A stretch of 64,000 nucleotides of DNA from Octopus sinensis (Eukaryota): contig NC_043021.1 of NCBI RefSeq assembly GCF_006345805.1, forward strand, positions 992,001 through 1,056,000. Reading direction: 5' to 3'. Below, one piece after another: positions 49,414 through 61,400 of the stretch. A program made the position numbers and the translations under genes. Numbering within the stretch: the stretch's first letter is position 1; every line of letters begins with the position of its first letter. Under the pieces are notes generated by a model, which was given only the letters and a program-made list of their open reading frames with translations, searched no databases and was not told where the DNA came from.

Positions 49414-52400
49414 CCTACTTTTCCATGCTTGCATGCAGTTTGTCAGAATTTGCTGGAGCAGATTTTCTTTGGCCCTTATTGTTGCCAACCCTCACCTGAT
49501 TGTAAGCAAGGTAATATTTCTTTATAATTTTTAATGGAAGACTGGGAATGAAGGACATTGATTTTGAATGACAGAGACATTCATTTACAACTGTCATGTG
49601 ATATGAAGGCAAGGAGACATACATACACACACACACACAATGGGCTTCTTTCAGTTTCCATCTACCAAATTCACTCACAAGGTTTGGTTCGGCCCAAGAT
49701 TATAGTAGAAAGCAGCTGCCCAAAGTGCCATGCAGCAGGATTGAACCTGGAACTGTGTAGTTGGGAAACAAACCTCTTATGCCACACAGCTAGGCCTTAG
49801 CCATGGCTGTGTGTTAAGAAGGCTGCTTCCTAAACACATGACCTAAGGTTCAATCTCACTGCATTGCATTTGGGTAAACTGTCTTCTATAGCCATGAGTC
49901 AACCAAATTGGTTAAAGCCTTGTGAATGGATTTTGTAGATGGAAACTGAGAAACTGAAAGAAGCCCATTATTTAATGTCTGTGTTTGATGCTGGGATGGG
50001 TTGGACAGTTTGACTAGGGGCTGATGAGTCTAAAGTCTGCATCGAGCCCCCGATGTAGGCTTTGGGAATAGTTTCTATGGTTAGATGCCAACCACTTTAC
50101 AAAGTGTATTGAGTGCCCCTTTTTGTGCCACCAGTAGTGTTGAGATTGCCACGTAGCTTGCAAGTGTACAAACCCAAGCAGTGGAGCGATGGGAGAGTTT
50201 GTTAAATGGGGACTAAGGTATGAGGGAAGACATTGGGAGAGAGTGAGAATGGGTTGGTGGTGAGGTGTCCTGGTGGTAGCTCAGGTAGGAGGAGTAGGGG
50301 GTTTGCAAGTGTATGGAGGAGGAGAGGGAGGGAGGTAGACAGCATTTGTAAAGATTGGGAAAGGTTGAAGGGATGGGGTGCACATGTTGGGGAGGGGAAG
50401 GACACATATGCCCCTCCACACACACACACACACACACCCCTACTTTTCCATGCTTGCATGCAGTTTGTCAGAATTTGCTGGAGCAGATTTTCTTTGGCCC
50501 TTATTGTTGCCAACCCTCACCTGATTGTAAGCAAGGTAATATTTCTTTATAATTTTTAATGGAAGACTGGGAATGAAGGACATTGATTTTGAATGACAGA
50601 GACATTCATTTACAACTGTCATGTGATATGAAGGCAAGGAGACATACATACACACACACACACAATGGGCTTCTTTCAGTTTCCATCTACCAAATTCACT
50701 CACAAGGTTTGGTTCGGCCCAAGATTATAGTAGAAAGCAGCTGCCCAAAGTGCCATGCAGCAGGATTGAACCTGGAACTGTGTAGTTGGGAAACAAACCT
50801 CTTATGCCACACAGCTAGGCCTTAGCCATGGCTGTGTGTTAAGAAGGCTGCTTCCTAAACACATGACCTAAGGTTCAATCTCACTGCATTGCATTTGGGT
50901 AAACTGTCTTCTATAGCCATGAGTCAACCAAATTGGTTAAAGCCTTGTGAATGGATTTTGTAGATGGAAACTGAGAAACTGAAAGAAGCCCATTATTTAA
51001 TGTCTGTGTTTGATGCTGGGATGGGTTGGACAGTTTGACTAGGGGCTGATGAGTCTAAAGTCTGCATCGAGCCCCCGATGTAGGCTTTGGGAATAGTTTC
51101 TATGGTTAGATGCCAACCACTTTACAAAGTGTATTGAGTGCCCCTTTTTGTGCCACCAGTAGTGTTGAGATTGCCACGTAGCTTGCAAGTGTACAAACCC
51201 AAGCAGTGGAGCGATGGGAGAGTTTGTTAAATGGGGACTAAGGTATGAGGGAAGACATTGGGAGAGAGTGAGAATGGGTTGGTGGTGAGGTGTCCTGGTG
51301 GTAGCTCAGGTAGGAGGAGTAGGGGGTTTGCAAGTGTATGGAGGAGGAGAGGGAGGGAGGTAGACAGCATTTGTAAAGATTGGGAAAGGTTGAAGGGATG
51401 GGGTGCACATGTTGGGGAGGGGAAGGACACATATGCCCCTCCACACACACACAGGCAATCAATATCTTTCAGTTTTTGTCTACCAAATTCACTAACACGG
51501 CTCTAGTTAGTGAATTTAGAAAATACTTGCCCAAGGTGCTGTGCAGTGGGACTGAACCTGGAACCACATGGTTGGGAAGTAAACTTTTTAATGACACATC
51601 CATGCCTGCAATGACTTATTGAAAATAATTTGTGATTAATCTGCTCAAAAGGCAAGAAATACTTTTGAAAATATAAGTTTTCTGAATATATGCAAAAGAA
51701 AATTGTGTTACTCTTTTACTTGTTTCAGTCATTTGACTGCTGCCATGCTGGAGCACCACCTTTAGTTGAGCAAATCGACCCCAGGACTTATTCTATCGGT
51801 CTCTTTTACCGAACCGCTAAGTTATGGGGACGTAAACATACCGGCATCCGTTGTCAAGCGATGTTGGGGACGGACGGACGGATGGACACACACACACATG
51901 ATGGGCTTCTTTCAGTTTCCGTCTATCAGATTCACTCACAAGGCTTTGGTCGGCCCGAGGCTATAGTAGAAGGCACTTGCCTAAGATGCCACGCAATGGG
52001 AATGATCCCGGAATCATGTGGTTGGTAAGCAAGCTACTTACCACACAGCCACTTCTGCACCTATGTTCTGATGTCTTTTAAATGTTCTTTTGCCATTTAA
52101 AGTTGGTTTTCTTTTTTGTTAAATTTGATAATTGCTTCTTTTCTCTTTTTTTCTTTCTGACATCTCCATTAACCTAAGAAAGTTTTGACACATTCAGATT
52201 GATTGTTGACATCATTATTTGGTTGATATTATTATAAATGTCATTGACCCAGGTTACGTCAGGATAAAAAAAAAAACCCCGAAAAATATACAGATTGCAG
52301 ATATCACCTGGGAGATGGACATGTTATTGGTTCAAAATAGATTTTTTGATAAATTGGGTCATCCCATAAATAATGTTCTTTTTATACTTCTTTTATTTTT

Positions 52401-55400
52401 CAAAATTAAGATAAACAAAGTTCCTTTTTAATCTAAAATATACTCTCCTTCATTTTCTACAATGTCTTCTATATATCTTCCAAAATTCACTTGTCTGAAA
52501 TGAAAAAATACTCCTCCAGTACTGTTCTGACCTCATCTACATAATTCATATTTTTTCCATCCAAATGATTTTGAAGACTGCAGAATAAATGATAATCAAA
52601 TGGGGCAGTGTCTGACGAATTGGTGGGTGGAGCATTGTTTCCCATTCAAACTGTTCCAGCCTTTGGAATGTCATTCTTGCTGAATTATCCAAAAAAAAAA
52701 AGGGCTCAATCGTGAGATGTGGCAGCAAAGAAGAGTAGACATTCACTTTCTGCACGTGATTAGACTCAATTTTGCTGGCTTTTCCGATGGCATGAATGGA
52801 ATAGTCATTCAGGTGTCAATGAATGGTTGAATGACCAAATCCAAGCTTCTCTGCTATTTCCTCAACAGTTACGATGGGATTCTGTTTCACCAGCATTTGC
52901 AGGAGGTCCTCATTGAGCTGTATAAATCTTTCAGGACAAGGCTCGCCTTCTTGGCTGTAGTTTCCGGTTTGGAATTTCTGGAACCACTGTTGACACCGTT
53001 TTACACTTATTGTCCTATCCCCATATACTGCATAAATATTTCTCACACTTTCCATTGTGTCGTTGCCTTTATTGAACTTATTTGTCACTTCCATAATAGC
53101 TTTGGAAAAACAACTGCTAAAATCAAACTGCACTCTTTGAAACATGCACTAAGAATAAGTACAAGGTAAAATTACTACCTGCTTTTATAGCAAGTTGATG
53201 CAGGTAGTTTATCCCGTTCCCTTCCAACTTTTAGTTTATGGAATTGAAAAAACTGCATTATTTATGGGATAACAAAATATATATACATATGTCATAAATG
53301 ACAGAAATAATTTGATGAGATTTTATTTAACAATAAGAAAATTTTAATATCACAACAAATTGTTTCGTAACTTGAAAACATGTAAATAATTTATATTATT
53401 TTTAATAATGAATTACTGCATTAATGCAAAATATTTGACTTCTCTTGTCTTGTATTATATATTCTATGCATTTTGTAGAATGATACATTAAGGAGCTTTT
53501 TTTATGAGTACTACCAGATTTCTTGAATCCATATATTGTGACTTAAATTTATATCTATATAAACATTATTGACCACACATAATGTGTATACACAGTATGT
53601 TTGCCAGTAGGCTGTGAATTGGCATGGTGGAGATTATTCCTTCGAAGTACCGGGTGTTAAAACACCTGAAAGTCATGGACAAGTAGGGCATAACTGTTCA
53701 TGACTATCAGGTGTTTTAACACCTGGTACTTCGAAGGAGTAATCTCCACCACACTAAATTGTAGCCTGCTGGCAAACACACGGATCATTTTTGTTAAGTA
53801 TGTGTGGTCAGTAACATTTATTACAGTAGCACTAGTTCTATCTCGTGTGTGTGTGTGTATATAGACAATTGCAGCATGGAAGGTGTTTTATAAGCCATTT
53901 AAAAACACACAAATACCGTTAGTTTCACTTCAGCATTTAAAATTAATTTGTCAAAATATTTTCGTCGCTTTGAAACCGCGAGCTGTTCACTGTAATAAAG
54001 GCTGTATTCACTGCTGTTTACCATTGAGAAGAATTCTTGCTGTAGGCAAAAGGTGTGATAAAATATAATCTGAAGAAATGGTAATCTGCAGATTATTGAT
54101 GTAATTGAGAGACAAAGGGTCGTTGAAATAAGAATGAGCCTGATTAACAAAACATTTTTAATTTTATGAAAATATTCATGAAGGAAGAAAATGAAATTAG
54201 ATATAAACAAAAGAATTAGTTAAAAATTACCAATGAGAGTGTATTAAAAGACTTTCTTTTCTTTTCGTCAATAGCTCTTGGTAGTTCTCCCAATAAGATG
54301 GTGCCACAAACAGTTTTAAGTGAAATGGCAAAAGAATCGGATGACACTTCAGTTGGAATCATCGCAAATAGTCAATTTAATATAGAGAATTATGCACCTG
54401 AAGCAGTTTTATCCACTGTCACAGGTAATTGTTTTAACAAAATCCATTAAAGTGTAAAAAAATATTTTTGATTATAGTTTGAAGAGTCGGCAATCATTTG
54501 TTGGTCTTCAATAGTAAAAATTTACCCAACAAACAATATAAGTACGACCAGAAGTTTCCTCTGAGGAAGAGCTTTCATCACAGCAGCTGTACCAGTTTTT
54601 GTTTGTTTATAAATATGTGTTGTTATTTCAAGGTAGGCAGTGATTATTTCTTAAAGAGATGAAGCCTTTGAGATAATCTCTAAAGATGTTTGAAAGATTA
54701 TAAAATATGAAGAGATACTTCTACTGTGTTGGTGCCACACAAAAGGTATCCAATCCACTTTGTAAAATGGTTGGTGTTCAGAAGGGCATCCAGCCATAGA
54801 AACCAGGCCCAAAATTGGAGCTTGGTGCAGCTTTCTGTCAAACCATCCAACCTATGGAAAACAGATGTTAAACGATGTTGAATGTGGAAGAATTGTAAAA
54901 AAATAAAAAAAATCTATCCTGATATGGAAATGTACAATTTTATTCCCTGTTTTCTATATTTTCTGTTAGAACACCTTTTCTTTGTTTCAATTAATTTTGG
55001 CATTATTAAGCTGATGTTTAGAACCTAAATTAGCATGGAATTTTGATGGTCAATTTAAAATCATTTTAAAACAGGAAGTTTTTATCAAAGACTCTGGTAA
55101 AAATCGATTTTCATCATATCTCTTCAGCTCCAGTCGATGGATAAGAAACACATAAATCTTCTTGATGTCTATTTACTTCTGTCATTTAAAAAAAATTAAT
55201 TTCTGTGAAATTGTTTTCCATTTTAATTCCAGTTATTCAAGGCCATCAATCTGTCAAGTTGTCTCATTTCTGTGATGTTAAGAACGCCACTGCTCCCATG
55301 AAATTCCGTCTTCTGGCCAGAGTTATGGACTACAGCCCCAAACTTAGCAGCGTATCAGACTTTTTAAGCTTATTTTGTCTTCAATGTCATTATCTGTAAG

Positions 55401-58400
55401 TATTAATCCACTAATTGCCACCTAATGATTAATTCTCATGACAAATCCCAAAACACTGGTTTTATAGGGTTTCACTTAAAAATATTTTAAGACGTATGTT
55501 TTATCAAGAATTGGTAAAATATTTTTGCATTAGACTTTGAAGACATTCTTTGTGGTAAAAAGACAGTTATTTGTAACTGCGTACAGAACTGATATTTGTT
55601 GCATTTTTGTTTTAACCATTTAAAACTTGCTGTTACTACCTTTAAAATTTTTTAAGAATCTGCAAGTTTTTATGGGTTTATCAAGTTTTTAAAAATTTTC
55701 ATTGTAACTTAAAAAATTTACATTTAAAGTGTCATTTTGTAATAAATGTAACGTTCAATAAATAGCGATATTCTTTTCTTCGAAATAACATTTAGATTTT
55801 GTATGTTTTCAACTGATATTTACCACCCTAATTACCATTGTCTGTCCTAATTACCATTTTTCTATCCTAATTCTCTCTTTAGAACTCCAATAAATAATTA
55901 CAATTTAGAACCGTCGACTTTTCAAATAAAGGATGGTGTTGAATATTACCGCTGCCCCCATTGTGCCAAGAAGACCAATTCTAATGGTAAGTGGTGATTG
56001 GGTTGTTCTAGCATGGCTTGAATGGTTGTTGATAATCATTGTCAACATCACTTGAGACCCATTTGTCTCCATTTTTATGGGTCAGATGAGATTCAGAGAG
56101 GCAGGTTTACGACAGGATGCTCTTCCTGTCAGCAATCCTCATCTTCAAGATTTCCCATAATCCTTCCAACTCGAACAACATAATTGCACGCAAATGACAC
56201 TTTCCCTTACTGCTTTTCTACTCAACATAATTCAGTTTTTCAACACTGTTTATGTAGTGGCTAAGACCTTTTTTTTTTAAAGTGAAATTGGTACTTCTTT
56301 TACCCTTTCCAAGGCAAATGTTTGGATGGGATTGACATCATTCTGTTGGCAGAAACAAGAACTGGACCACTAAGCACAAAGAACAAGCAGGAAAGATCTG
56401 GCTGAGAATTAATTGTGGAATGGTATACAAAAGCCTAAGATTCTTGTTCTGTTATTCAGAACAGAAAGATTTCTTCTGATTATATGTCTACGGGGGGAAC
56501 GAATCGAAAAGAAGTTTCATCTGTCATCTCTTGTCCAACTCCTGCTTCTTTGGACTGTGGCCCACAAATCCTTTTGGCACCTCTTAACCTATGTCTTTCA
56601 ATACCATGTCCTGAAAATCAAAACAAAAGTTTTAGTGACTCATGCTGCTTGTGCTTCCATATTTTATGGCTGTGAGACTTGGGTATTATGCAATTAAAAA
56701 GATCACCTTAAAAGGTTTCATCAAGTTCAATCAGGGTTGATCCTGAATGTTAAATGCAATGACTATTGTAATGATGATATACTGGCAAGGACAATCCAGA
56801 AGAACTCTTTGAACTCTCATGAAATAACATCAACTCCAATGGATACATTTTGAAAAGGATACAAAAACGCCCAAATAGATCTTGTAATCTGGACTGGAAG
56901 AAGATCATCTCTCATGAGGTGCACCTAAGAAACACTTTTGTAACCCCATCAAGAGGACCATGCCCTTATTTAACATCTAGCCTAACAATTGGGAAACCCT
57001 AGCTGAGAACCGTAGGAATTGGAGGCAAGCATGCAGAGAAGGGGTTGTTGCTGCAGATCACATTTCATACATCAACAAATTAAAAGGGAAAGAAGCTGAA
57101 TAAAGAAAAGAACTCAGGAGCAGACCAGTGAGTCATCTCAAATATTGGAAGATACATCATCATCATCATCAAGCCCTTTCATGTGGCATCACACAGGCCC
57201 TTTCATGTGGCACCGCACGGGCCCTTTTATGTGGAACCGCATGGGCTCTTTTACTCGGCACCACCACAAGTACTTTAAACAACCAGAAGGAATGGTCTTA
57301 AAACTTCTGCTGTGGGGTACAGGTCTTCTGGAGTCCAGTCATGAAAAATGGAAATGCCAGCAGACTCAAAGAGGAGGTTTTTCAAAACATTGTTAGCGCT
57401 GAAGAAGTAATGAGCTAATTCTATCCAATGCTGGTCAGGAGCCATGCGGTTTGTGAGAAAGGAGAAAACAAAGGGGGGACAGGAAAGGGAAATGGCAATG
57501 GGTGTTGTAGGGTACCCAGAATAAAATGGGGAGACAAGAAAGTTAGCCATGAAGAGGAAAGAGTGCAGTGGTAGAGCAGGGGGGGGTGTTGGTGAATTTA
57601 GAAGGATACTGAAAAAGAGAGAGAGAAAATAAGGTCACCATTAGTACAATAATTATATTGTAACTTATATAAAATGGTGTAATTAAGCATGTTTAATAAT
57701 TTGCCCAGGTGTGTGGTAAGAAGCTTGTTTTCCAACCATGTGGTCTTGTGTTCAGTCCCACTGTGTGGTACCTTAGGCGTCGTCTTCTACAGCCCTGGGC
57801 TGATCAAAGCCTTGTGAGTAGGTTTGGTTGATGGAAACTGAAAGAAACCCATCGTGTGTGTGCGTGTGTTATTGCCTCCTTGTTTTGACATTGTGTAATA
57901 GTTGTAGATGAGTGTCAGTGTCATATAAGCAGGGTCGTTCATTTCCAGTCTTCCATGAAAACATGTCTGGTTATGGAGAAAATCTTACCTTGGAAACAGA
58001 TGCGGGTTGATGACAGGAAGGGCATCCAGATGGAAAAAATCTGCTTTTGGCAAATTTTGTCCAACACATGAGAGCATGGAAAGATGCTCATTAAAAACCC
58101 AGTGACTTGAATATTTCTTTAATGTCCCTATTTTGTCTTTTGTGTGTTTTATTAACCAAACCTTTCTATTTCCTCTCTTTTCTTTGTAAGAGTAGAAAAT
58201 ATGTTAATTTGTATTTTAGGTGAAATGATTTTCCTGTTTTTCTAGATTGTTGCCTTCATTTTGTTTCTATCCTCCATGTGACTGAATGGTTACAGTGTTG
58301 GGTGGACAATCGTAAGTTTGAGGGTTTGATTTATGGATTGGACAGTATGTTGTGTCCTTGAGCAAGCCACTTCAACCCATGCAAGCATAGCGAAGTGAAT

Positions 58401-61400
58401 GTTAAAACAATGATTATGATGACGACAAGAAAATTGCCATCTATTTTTATGCAATAAATTTTAAAATTCAAATTCATTGAAGACACACATATGTAACAAC
58501 CAGAATCAAATGTTGACAGAATAACAGAATTTCTGCAATTTTTTTGTTTTACAGACATTCCAGTGATGGAATATATCTTTTTGATGAAGTTTATTCTGAC
58601 AGATGGCGTCTATTATATCATCGCCAACCTTTGGAGAGACGAAGCTGTAAGTTACCTTTACACTTTTGGATCTTTTCGGTTTGAGCGGCAGTTTTTTCTA
58701 GAGGTTTCATATGAAATTGTCACCCATAATTATGACCCTAGTATCGATCTATTGCATTTCAATCTGTTTTAGGGTTAGGGTTAGTGGTGGGGGAAAGAGT
58801 ATTTTTTTTTCTTCACAAATGTAAATAAACCCAATCTGTTTCTTAAACGAGGGACATATTCATACGACACAGAATGTTTTTTACCTCAATACACATCATT
58901 GATTGGTTGAAATTGCAGAAACAAAACAACAAATATCTTACAAGCTATAGAATTTTCTCAATAAAGCCAAGAGAAAAAGATGTTTTATAAACACATTCTA
59001 CCAGTATACGAAGTCCAAAATTTTTTAGTTACCTAGAAATTATGTTAAAAACTGCCATTCAAACCGGAAAGATTCACACTTTTTAATTTGATCCCTACAT
59101 TGATAAATGGGATCAATGTATTGAAACAGATACCTTTGAAAAAAAGAAAATTACTGATGCTACTTTGACTTTTGATTCCATCTTGACCAATATTGTATTG
59201 TAGCAAGATAGCAACAGATGTCAAATTATGCTTGTTATTATTATTATTATTATTCTGAACAATTACAAGGTGATGCCACGTAAAAATCATCCAGTACACT
59301 CTGTAGAGTGGTTGGCATTAGGAAGGGCATGCAGCCACAGAAACCAAGCCAAAACAGACTATGGAACCCGGTGTAGTCCCTGGCCCAGCTGTCCAGTCCA
59401 TGCGGGCATGGGAAACGGATGTTGATGATGATGATGATAATGAAATGAGGAAACTTTTAGAGCATCATGGTGTTTGTTCCAGCTCTTTACATCCTCTTTG
59501 CAATGCAGTAAATGGTGAAGATGGGTGGAGGAATGGGCAACTAAGAAAACTGCAATATGACAAATTACTTCTATTGCAAAGCACACGGCCGTTGAGAGTG
59601 AATAGCCTGTTTACTGGTCAGTATTTGATTGGGACTGGACAATAAATGATGGTTGAAGTGGGGAATGGAAAGAGAGGGGTATAGGAAGGGAGGGAGTGGT
59701 GAAATATGAAAGTCCCTTCAGCATTATGCACGCACACACACGCACTAAGCCACTATCTTTCTTACCTACACACACACACACGTTTCTTCATCTTAACATC
59801 CACATTTTTATGCTTGCAGGAGTCTGACAATTTATTGAGGTAGATTTTCTACTGCTGGATGCTCTCGCTGTCCTCAACCTTCACCTGTTTCCAAGCAAAG
59901 TAATATTTCCCTATAGTCAGACTTGTTTTACATAGAAGACAGGAAATGAAACGAAGAACATCCTATCACATAATGTCAACACACAAATACAATGGGCTTC
60001 TTACAATTTCCATCTACCAAATCTATTTACAAGGCTTTGATTGGCCTAAGGCTGTAGTAGAAGAAACTTGCTCAAGATAGTGCGCTGTGGAGTTGAACCT
60101 GAAACCACAGCCATTGAAGTATCAAAATAGAAAAAGAAAAAAAAAATGCCAACCCCCTTTCCTGGCCCCTCCACTCTAAAGCACACCCATCTTCCTGCCC
60201 ACTGCTGGACCCCAATAGTATATTAGTTCTACATCCTCGCTGTCTTATCTCTGCTTAGGATAAAACCACTGGTCACTTTTAATATATTGGGAAGAAGGAA
60301 CTTCAATGTTGTTTAAATGAGGCCAGCACTGGTCAAACTGACCATAGGTCAGAGTTGTATATTGCAGCTGTACTATCCAATGTATCAATTTGTTTTAAGA
60401 TACTAGTGTGATTTGAAAGAACTTTGTTTGCTATTTCTAGCAGATTGAGTGACTATATCGAGGCACCACAAATAGCTTGTAATTTAGTGGGTTTACATAT
60501 TATGGAGAACTGAGAGACCCCAGGGAGCAATTACAAAAATATGACCAATCTTGATTCTAGGGACCATCTTAAGACATTGAAACTCTCTTCTCTCCAGCCC
60601 CACACTAAGCGCTACATCATTTGCACACTCGTCATCATCATTTAATGTCTATTGACCATGCTGGCATGGGTTGGATGGTTTGACCAGAGCTGGTCAGCTG
60701 GGGCACTGTGCCTGGCTCCAGTCTGATTTGGCATGGTTTCTATGGCTCGATGCCCTTCCTAACACCAACCACTTTACAGTGTGTGCTGGGTGCTTTTAAT
60801 GTGACACTGTCACAGGACTCATGCCAGCGAATCCTTTTCCCCATCCCAGTGGGGTGGGGTTGGGCTTAACACTTCTGCTGTGCAGGATGAGTCTTCATGT
60901 GTACAGCAAGGCACCAGATATTTCAGCCCTTTGTCATCTTGTCTGAGAGGTTCAATGTCCTGAGGTCGTCTTTCAGTATTTTGTCCCCTCTGGGTCTCCC
61001 TCTTCCACGAGATCCATCCACTCTGGGAGATCAGCATTTCTTTATGGGGCTGTCACAAAACATAAATACACTGCAACATGATTACTTTCCCTCAACAGGC
61101 CTTTCCCTGTTTAACATGATCCCAAAACAAATTTACCTTCAAACGATATCTACAAATTTCTTCAAGGGATGCCAAGTAAGCCATGGACACCTGGATACAC
61201 CTCAGTCAACAACTCCCCACTCGAATGGGCCATGATCCCACAAAACTTGACTTCGAAATTACCTAAGCTTTTAAGCAATTAAACTGGCCAGATCTAACTA
61301 AAATATTCTGTTTTATGTTCAAACTGACCAGATCTGGCCTCTTACACCTATCCATCAATGTTCTTTGCAAAATAAAAATGTGCAATCACATCATTGAAAT

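Noticed and set aside
57175-57265. Short degenerate 24-bp tandem repeat
   Set aside because: Ordinary slippage of a SINE-internal motif (TTTTATGTGGCACC).
58769-58784. Interstitial telomere or chromosome-fusion scar
   Set aside because: Under three TTAGGG units, embedded in a MITE that carries the motif in other copies.
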